This document shows positions 58,131-64,000 of a DNA stretch of 64,000 nucleotides, piece by piece. Position 1 is the stretch's first letter, and every line of letters starts with the position of its first letter. A model generated the notes under the pieces. That model did no database searches. It was not told the DNA's origin and worked only from the letters and a program-made list of their open reading frames with translations. The position numbers and the translations under genes were made by a program. Location of the stretch: contig CAWECG010000003.1 in the NCBI GenBank assembly GCA_963807605.1, forward strand, positions 352,001 through 416,000, written 5' to 3'. Source of the DNA: Candidatus Bathyarchaeota archaeon. GTDB lineage: Archaea; Thermoproteota; Bathyarchaeia; 40CM-2-53-6; RBG-13-38-9.

Positions 58131-58589
58131 AGTTAGAATATTGGGATGTCTTCGCAGCGGATACCAATCACTTGGAACGTATATATCTGTGGTGCCATAC
58201 TTCTCTAACGCAAACTCATTGAGCAGTTTCCTAACCTTTGCCATTTGGCTGAACTCAAACCATATTCTCCCAGCTTCCCCTGAAGGGCCATACTCATACA
58301 TATCCTTGTAGGTTCTATCTAGTTCCTCAAACTCTTCTGGAGTGTAGCCATGGCGAACCAATAGTAACGGATAAGGCTTTTCTAAGAAACCTGTTACGTC
58401 TCGCTCCATTGTTTCTGCGTTATCAGAGTGTATGTCTAACACCCAACCAGCATCGTATTCTTTTAACAACTTACTGAATATTCTCTTTCCAGGTGACTCC
58501 TTAACGATAATTCCATCTAAATGAAGGTTATCCAGTGCAAGAGCTATGTCCCTGCCATACTCTTCTATTGGATGATGATAGCTATGCAA
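58041..58589 (-). CDS. hypothetical protein, possible M14/desuccinylase-like zinc hydrolase fragment
   Basis: HPIE (HxxE) and VLDIHS motifs; convergent 90-nt overlap with the regulator. Confidence 0.4.
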   Translation of the reverse strand: MHSYHHPIEEYGRDIALALDNLHLDGIIVKESPGKRIFSKLLKEYDAGWVLDIHSDNAETMERDVTGFLEKPYPLLLVRHGYTPEEFEELDRTYKDMYEYGPSGEAGRIWFEFSQMAKVRKLLNEFALEKYGTTDIYVPSDWYPLRRHPNILTLGLAFFRAFDQSLEFVKSLAEHLQHRSLQ

Positions 58590-58780
58590 GACGAGCAGGT
58601 TCTTCTTCTTTTCATCTCTGATGGAATCACCTTTGAAAATTTTTCAGCTAATAAAAATCTTTTAGAGGTTGTAAATTGGCTAGCCTCTAAAATCATTTCA
58701 AAAAATGGGCTTTTAACTATAAATAGATGTTTTTCAGTTCATTTTTTCTTAATCAAATGCGTACGCTTCTCCGATGATAA

Positions 58781-58966
58781 ATGCCAGAAGCAGAAGTTAT
58801 TGGTTTAATGGAGACCAAACTAGAAGCCTTTGACTGCCCACTTTGCTCCTCAAGTCTAAACGAACACCTCAAAGGACCTGCCACCCTCTTCACTTGTCCT
58901 AACTGCGGCTTTAAGATACTAACGACTAGAAAACACTTCTCAAAATGTTTCAAAGAGGTATCGTGA
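58781..58966 (+). CDS. small zinc-ribbon protein
   Basis: CPLC...CPNCG. Confidence 0.55.
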   Translation: MPEAEVIGLMETKLEAFDCPLCSSSLNEHLKGPATLFTCPNCGFKILTTRKHFSKCFKEVS

Positions 58967-59075
58967 TCAGATCGTGAGAGAAGATGCGATACTGCCGTAG
59001 CGAATACTCAATTCAGCGAGCGCGCGCTATGACTGGTCATGCTCATACTCAAGAGAAGAGAAAGGAAGCAAAGAA

Positions 59076-59240
59076 ATGAGAGATATTCCGGATAACAGCG
59101 TTTTAGTGGTAGACAAGAAACGTTTTCACTTATGGGCTGTCGAAACTCGAAATTCTCTGCAAGAAAAGAGAAACGAAATCGACCAAGACATAGAGTTGAT
59201 TGATCGCTACCTCCACAGTGAGCATATCCAAGAAAATTAA
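59076..59240 (+). CDS. 54-aa hypothetical protein
   Basis: MRDIPDNSVLVVDKKRFHLWAVETRNSLQEKRNEIDQDIELIDRYL...; below the ORF-track cutoff. Confidence 0.4.
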   Translation: MRDIPDNSVLVVDKKRFHLWAVETRNSLQEKRNEIDQDIELIDRYLHSEHIQEN

Positions 59241-59266
59241 GACCTCAGTCTTCGTTACATATGTAA

Positions 59267-60058
59267 GTGTTCACGGGCTCGCTGGTTGTGATGAAGCCTT
59301 TTATTTTGGTGAAGGTTAGGGCGAGCTCCCAATACTCCGCATGTAAGATTGAGGATACAGAATACAAACGCGTTATACTATTTAAAATTCCACCCGAGAT
59401 CAGAAGGGAGCTGGAGTCTTGGAGGAGTAGACTCAGTCAAGAGCTAAAACATCGTGGCATATATTGGAAGACTCTGGGAGTAACACTGTACCCTCATTCA
59501 TCCAAAGATAAGATCGTGGAGATTGTCTCTAGTTTCGAAAAAGAATACTACAAAATCATAGACGAAATAGAAGATGACTCAATAAGGAGTAAATTTCGTT
59601 TTTCAGTTATCCACGGACAGTTTTTGCCTTTACAGCCTTATTTTTCGAAGTTCATATCACAGTTCTTGAACGATGCATTGACAACTCTTAAACGACAAGT
59701 AGAGGTGTTACGTACAAAAGTTGGAGTGCAAGATGCTTTTATCAGTCTAGTGAGGTCCGTTGAAGAAGCTCTTATGGACGTGGAAAACAAAAGACTTGAT
59801 TCGATCTTCAGTTGGGGGCGTGAAAACATCATACTGTTCTCAAACCTGCTCGCCTTGCTGGTCTACGCACCTCTGGAAGCCAAGCAAATTCGTAGTCTAA
59901 GGGCAGACTTAACCAAGCTTCGAGGGTTCATACTGGACCTTATCCCGGGGTTGTGTTCAGTTCTTGACTTGACAATATCTTTGATATCAAAAGCCGAAGT
60001 TGAGGGCAATCTGAGCCAAGAAGAAATCTTAGAGAATTTAGAAGCACTGGCAATCTGA
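59267..60058 (+). CDS. hypothetical helical protein
   Basis: 263-aa ORF with no recognisable motif. Confidence 0.6.
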   Translation: MFTGSLVVMKPFILVKVRASSQYSACKIEDTEYKRVILFKIPPEIRRELESWRSRLSQELKHRGIYWKTLGVTLYPHSSKDKIVEIVSSFEKEYYKIIDEIEDDSIRSKFRFSVIHGQFLPLQPYFSKFISQFLNDALTTLKRQVEVLRTKVGVQDAFISLVRSVEEALMDVENKRLDSIFSWGRENIILFSNLLALLVYAPLEAKQIRSLRADLTKLRGFILDLIPGLCSVLDLTISLISKAEVEGNLSQEEILENLEALAI

Positions 60059-60294
60059 TCTTTAAGAAATGATGATAAGAAGGTACAGCGGGTAGAGAGC
60101 TTCAAGAAGTATTTTAGTTCTGACTAGAACCAGCTTCTGATAATAGCTTTTCTGACATTACCAGACTTTACGTTCCTTCACATGCCCATCCCAATTTTTG
60201 ATATCCAGCAATCGCTCTTGCGAGTGGTTACTGGCCTGGTAGGCTCCTCAGGATACAGCCAGCAATGGCTGTTTGAAAGCGAGCCAAGAAAGAG

Positions 60295-60984
60295 GTGAAA
60301 AATATGGTATATCGAAAAGTTGTGCCGCAGGGCCTTTTGAACCAGAACAGAGTTGTCGTCGAGGGATCTCCGGATGAATGTCTTCCAAGCGGACAGGTGT
60401 ACGTTTCACCAGCGTCTGGAAGAGTATACAACCGAGACAAAGGCGATAAGCTAGCGAACCTACCGCAGGACGCAACTGAGATCCCAAAGACAACCTGGTG
60501 GTTGAAGGCCCCGCAACTGTGGAGAGGGAGAGGAGCAGACAAAGCTCCTCAAACCCCTTTTCCAGTTCCAAAGTCTGTCGCGGAAGCAAGTCAGGAGACA
60601 CATTGGTACTTCACTCCAATCGGAATAGAGCGACTCAAAACCGAATACCAAGAGATGAAACGATACTTTCCAGACTTCGAGCTGTACCAAGACGACCTTG
60701 GCATGCTGTTGTGGATGGGCAAACTCGAAGGCTTGGGCGAAATAAGACTTCACTATCCTGCCGATTATCCAATCAGTCCTTTCAACGTAGCCGTGATGGA
60801 CACAACTGAATCAAAGGATGTCAAATTGAACGAAAAGATATCTGAGTACAGAACACTCGGCATCACACCGACCGGCGCATTGATCGTGGTTTTGAGATTT
60901 TTCCTAAAGGAGAGAGGAGCAAATGTGGTATCAGACAATCCAAGGACAGAGGAGACTCCAAGTAGAGATAGAACAGATGCGTAG
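60295..60984 (+). CDS. two-domain protein: unknown N-terminal domain + Cys-less E2/UBC-like fold
   Basis: ERLKTEYQEMKRYFPDF...LWMGKL...LHYPADYPISPFNV matches the UBC helix-1/strand/YPxxYPxxP pattern; no Cys in this domain. Confidence 0.65.
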   Translation: MKNMVYRKVVPQGLLNQNRVVVEGSPDECLPSGQVYVSPASGRVYNRDKGDKLANLPQDATEIPKTTWWLKAPQLWRGRGADKAPQTPFPVPKSVAEASQETHWYFTPIGIERLKTEYQEMKRYFPDFELYQDDLGMLLWMGKLEGLGEIRLHYPADYPISPFNVAVMDTTESKDVKLNEKISEYRTLGITPTGALIVVLRFFLKERGANVVSDNPRTEETPSRDRTDA

Positions 60985-61273
60985 GAATACTTCATTCTCG
61001 CTCAATCGAGACGATGAAAACGGAAAGCTTGCTTGGAAAGGCCATCTTGGCGGCCACGAAATTCTGCTTGAGTATTCTGACAGTCATCCGGGCGAAAAGA
61101 TGCGAGTATACGTATCGAACCCGCGACTGCCATCCGTTAACCTTCACATCCATTCTGACGGCACTATCTGTTACATGAAGGATCAAGAGTGGAGCCCTGA
61201 CTGGACTGCGTATACTGTCTATCTGACAATAATCAGGTTTCTGGATGATTTCCACAGAGGCAGAATGATATGA
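60923..61273 (+). CDS. E2 ubiquitin-conjugating-like enzyme
   Basis: RRLQVEIEQM...WKG...LEYSDSHP...HIHSDGTICY...EWSPDW: UBC active-site segment with catalytic Cys and WSP. Confidence 0.8.
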   Translation: MWYQTIQGQRRLQVEIEQMRRNTSFSLNRDDENGKLAWKGHLGGHEILLEYSDSHPGEKMRVYVSNPRLPSVNLHIHSDGTICYMKDQEWSPDWTAYTVYLTIIRFLDDFHRGRMI

Positions 61274-62571
61274 TTCATCCGAACAAAGTAATCATCCACA
61301 GAGACGTTCTTCGAGAGATCCGCGAGGACGTGAAGCATTGGAGTGAAAGACAATTGGAGTCCGGCGGCTATCTTCTGGGCAATATCCACACACCGACTCT
61401 AGTTCTTGAGATCACTGATTTCATAGATGGAGGACCAAATGCAATACACACCGGGATTAGTTTCTCACCTGACAATGAATATGCAACCGTGGCTAAAGCA
61501 GAGCTTCAAGCAGCTAAGCCAGATATTCGTTTGGTCGGCGAGTATCACCTTCATCCTTGGAGCGGTTATCCTCGTCCGAGTGGAGGGGACAAACACCAGC
61601 TTCAGCAGATCAAGAACAGCCTAAGACCATGGTATGTCATAATGTTAGCAACACCCAATGGATTCAGGCTTTGGGACTTGGATGAAGAAACAGCGTTCAC
61701 CGAATTGCCTCACCAAGTCATCCGGGTCTCAACACGCATCGATCAAACAGAATTGCTTAACAGGATCTCAGAAATCACACAGCATGAGCTTCTTGCAAAG
61801 AAACGGGTCACAATAATCGGTCTGGGTAGCGGCGGCTCAGTAATATCGAAATATCTTGGAAACACCGGAATTGGCAACTTCATTCTCATCGACGATGAAA
61901 GACTTGAACTTACAAACGTAATTCGTCATGAAGGGACACTAGAAGAGATAGGGAGGCCCAAGACTGAGATCTGCAAGAGAATTATTGAACTGCACAACCC
62001 GTTTGCAGTCGTCAAGACATTTGAGATAGATGTCCTAGAGGAGAAAAACAAATTCGAGGAAATCGTGACAAGCTCAGACCTGGTTATAGCATCCAGCGGT
62101 AATGCAAAAGTCAATAATCTGATCAACAAAATTTCCATTGAAAAGAATATTCCGGTAGTGTACGGCGGCATCTTTGAAAAGGCATCCGGAGGCTATGTCC
62201 TTCCAGTAATTCCTAACAGAACCGCATGCTTCAACTGCCTGTTCAATTTGACAGCGCAATCGTACCATGTAGATAAATCAGCTGCACAAGCATACAATGT
62301 TCCCGAGGCAGAACTACACAACCAACAAGGACTATGGATAGACATATCGATACCCGCTCTCTTTTTGGCAAAGTCTGCGTTGATGATACTCCAGGGAGAA
62401 GTGCTTGAGCACAACCTGCTGTTATACAAGAATCCATTCGATCTCAAGAAGTTCAAAATAGACAGAAGAGGCGACTGCTCAGTCTGCAATTTTGACGGAT
62501 GGCTAGAGAAGCAAGAAGTTCAAAACAAGAAACGATCAATTTTCTCGAGGTTCAAGAGAGCCAGACAGTAG
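61270..62571 (+). CDS. JAB/MPN+ isopeptidase fused to an E1/ThiF-like adenylyltransferase
   Basis: JAB: ESGGYLLG, GEYHLHP...PSGGD. E1: IIGLGSGGS, IDDERLELTNVIRH, IGRPK, zinc CFNC / CSVC. Confidence 0.9.
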   Translation: MIHPNKVIIHRDVLREIREDVKHWSERQLESGGYLLGNIHTPTLVLEITDFIDGGPNAIHTGISFSPDNEYATVAKAELQAAKPDIRLVGEYHLHPWSGYPRPSGGDKHQLQQIKNSLRPWYVIMLATPNGFRLWDLDEETAFTELPHQVIRVSTRIDQTELLNRISEITQHELLAKKRVTIIGLGSGGSVISKYLGNTGIGNFILIDDERLELTNVIRHEGTLEEIGRPKTEICKRIIELHNPFAVVKTFEIDVLEEKNKFEEIVTSSDLVIASSGNAKVNNLINKISIEKNIPVVYGGIFEKASGGYVLPVIPNRTACFNCLFNLTAQSYHVDKSAAQAYNVPEAELHNQQGLWIDISIPALFLAKSALMILQGEVLEHNLLLYKNPFDLKKFKIDRRGDCSVCNFDGWLEKQEVQNKKRSIFSRFKRARQ

Positions 62572-62581
62572 CTCTCCACAC

Positions 62582-63262
62582 ATGATTTCTTTGGTGACTG
62601 GAATGAGCAGTACACAGAATATTTGGCAGGTTCTAGAGCAAACATTGGCGCGAGTTAACAATCGACTAGGTCAAGTTGAGAACAGGCTCGTCCAACTTGA
62701 AAACCAGCAAGAAAGACCACGAACGATGTTCAGTGAGAGAAGGGTTGTCGAGGCTGCCGGGCTTCTTGGTGGGAGAGAACTTCTAACCTCTGCAGATAAT
62801 AGCATCACAAGAGTAACACACCAACCAGTCTGCGATATATGCGGTCGCGTATTACGAATTGAGGACGAAGAATTCAGCATCTGTCGTTCATGTGGAAAGA
62901 AGCTGTGCCGAGAATGCGGAATAAAATACTCGAGTGCACTCTATTGCATTGCCTGTCTTAGGCGACAGGTTCCTCTCGAGAAAGCCTCGTACAAAATCCT
63001 TGTAGCAGTGGCAAACTGTGTAACTCGGGCAAGCACAATAGCTGAGCTGGTTAAGTTACCGAGGAAGAACGTGGAAGACCGACTGACCGAACTATTCAAC
63101 ACTAATCTGATCATGAAACAAGGTCTTTCAATATTCTCTCGGATCTCTGTTACCGCCGAAGGACTGGAAGCTATCGGGGTCTTTCGTGGAGCGTACGGGT
63201 CAGACGAGGATGCCCTGCAGTTTGACAGTGAGTTACGCAGATACTTGATGACCCGAGGGTGA
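62582..63262 (+). CDS. coiled-coil + 8-Cys zinc finger + winged-helix protein
   Basis: Heptad N-terminus; CDIC, CRSC, CREC, CIAC; wHTH STIAELVKLPRKNVEDRLTEL...VTAEG. Confidence 0.7.
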   Translation: MISLVTGMSSTQNIWQVLEQTLARVNNRLGQVENRLVQLENQQERPRTMFSERRVVEAAGLLGGRELLTSADNSITRVTHQPVCDICGRVLRIEDEEFSICRSCGKKLCRECGIKYSSALYCIACLRRQVPLEKASYKILVAVANCVTRASTIAELVKLPRKNVEDRLTELFNTNLIMKQGLSIFSRISVTAEGLEAIGVFRGAYGSDEDALQFDSELRRYLMTRG

Positions 63263-63266
63263 GGTT

Positions 63267-63467
63267 GTGGGCTTCAGAGATTCAATGGACAGAGCAATAA
63301 CCGCGTTGATCGTTCTGGGCTTGGCCCTCTTCAGCATTGGGCTGATTTCATGGATCGCCAATCTACTGCAGAGATACAACCTATCATGGGAACTTCAACT
63401 AGCCGCGATTGGTGTGGTCTTGATTCTTCTCGCGTCGATTGCTGCGAAGCTATTCTCAAGAGATTAA
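63267..63467 (+). CDS. small 2-TM membrane protein
   Basis: Two hydrophobic helices; GAGG RBS; operon spacing. Confidence 0.6.
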   Translation: MGFRDSMDRAITALIVLGLALFSIGLISWIANLLQRYNLSWELQLAAIGVVLILLASIAAKLFSRD

Positions 63468-63501
63468 GTCTGAACAAAATGCCGGTCTGGGTGATAGACT
63501 C

Positions 63502-64000
63502 TTGGTAGAACACACGTTTGCAGCAAACAGCATCAGAGAGCGCAAAGAAAAAGTTGCCCAGCTTCTTGACAAACAACTGGTTCGATCATCAATACTCTCC
63601 CAACTTGCGGATGACACGACTGATTCAATAGAGGGCGACCTAAACGCATATCTCACTATCCATTATCTTCCAGAACTCGCCGGAGAAGTTCCAGTATTCA
63701 ACTATCCAGATCCGACCACAGCGGACGGCGATTTTCTAATCGGAGCAATCAACGATCACAACAAAACGTTTCGATTCGCCACACGAAAGCAGGAGATGAT
63801 TCGCCATCTCCTTTTTGCAGGCTCAAGCGGAAGTGGTAAGACCAATCTGGCTCTGCTGCTAGTCAGTCAGTTTCTCAGAAAAGGCAAGCCCTTTCTCGTG
63901 GTTGACTGGAAGCGCAACTATCGTGACCTGATTACTCTCCCTGAAGCAACCGGCAAGGAAATACTAGTCTTCACGGTCGGCCGTGAAGTCTGTCCATTTC
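63502..64000 (+). CDS. HerA/VirD4-like (DUF87) ATPase, truncated by window edge
   Basis: Translated by hand from TTG after GGTGA: ...EMIRHLLFAGSSGSGKTN...FLVVDWKRNYRDL. Confidence 0.8.
   Translation, partial: MVEHTFAANSIRERKEKVAQLLDKQLVRSSILSQLADDTTDSIEGDLNAYLTIHYLPELAGEVPVFNYPDPTTADGDFLIGAINDHNKTFRFATRKQEMIRHLLFAGSSGSGKTNLALLLVSQFLRKGKPFLVVDWKRNYRDLITLPEATGKEILVFTVGREVCPF

Larger units (their letters stand above)
4470..64000. mobile_element. composite tRNA-integrated genomic island / integrative element (right end outside window)
   Basis: att-like tRNA fragment, tyrosine integrase, Orc1/Cdc6 (one intact, one remnant), ParB, HerA/VirB4-like ATPases, TA and defence-like genes, several pseudogenes, no core housekeeping operons. 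Confidence 0.75.

Noticed and set aside
61270-62571. Housekeeping ThiF/MoeB/UbaA for sulfur transfer or sampylation
   Set aside because: It is fused to JAB, adjacent to E2 genes, lacks the usual loop Cys, and has no ThiS/MoaD/SAMP or cofactor genes nearby.
51839-64000. Complete conjugation (T4SS) system
   Set aside because: Only two HerA/VirB4/VirD4-like ATPases and small membrane proteins are visible. No relaxase or clear mating-pore genes lie in the window.

Overview
Archaeal chromosome segment, probably from the TACK group (Bathyarchaeia-like; inferred from the intron-containing tRNA-Leu, UPF0182 gene, Orc1/Cdc6, F420-type LLM enzyme and GGTGA ribosome-binding sites). About 4.4 kb of host-like DNA (UPF0182, tRNA-Leu(CAG), creatininase) is followed by a composite integrative island. 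The island starts at a tRNA 3'-end duplication at 4470 and runs past the right edge. Three related att/arm-like junctions (4470, 12331, 17744) separate its modules. Module 1 holds a Panacea/PIN toxin-antitoxin pair and a radical-SAM cluster. Module 2 holds an accessory Mre11/Rad50 pair. Module 3 is a defence-like cassette region: four copies of a ~36-bp direct repeat bracket two large STAND/NLR-like genes and a four-gene metabolic operon, followed by a TIR + membrane-protein pair and a metallophosphoesterase + Hsp90-like ATPase pair. The right half is an element backbone (tyrosine integrase, Orc1/Cdc6, ParB, methyltransferase, two HerA/VirB4-like ATPases). It also carries two Tat-exported enzymes (M23 peptidase, transglutaminase-like), a Cys/Gly-rich peptide precursor, two M48 proteases and a compact ubiquitin-like conjugation operon (E2-like, E2, JAB-E1 fusion, Zn-finger-wHTH). 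All family calls come from motif recognition by eye, not from database searches.
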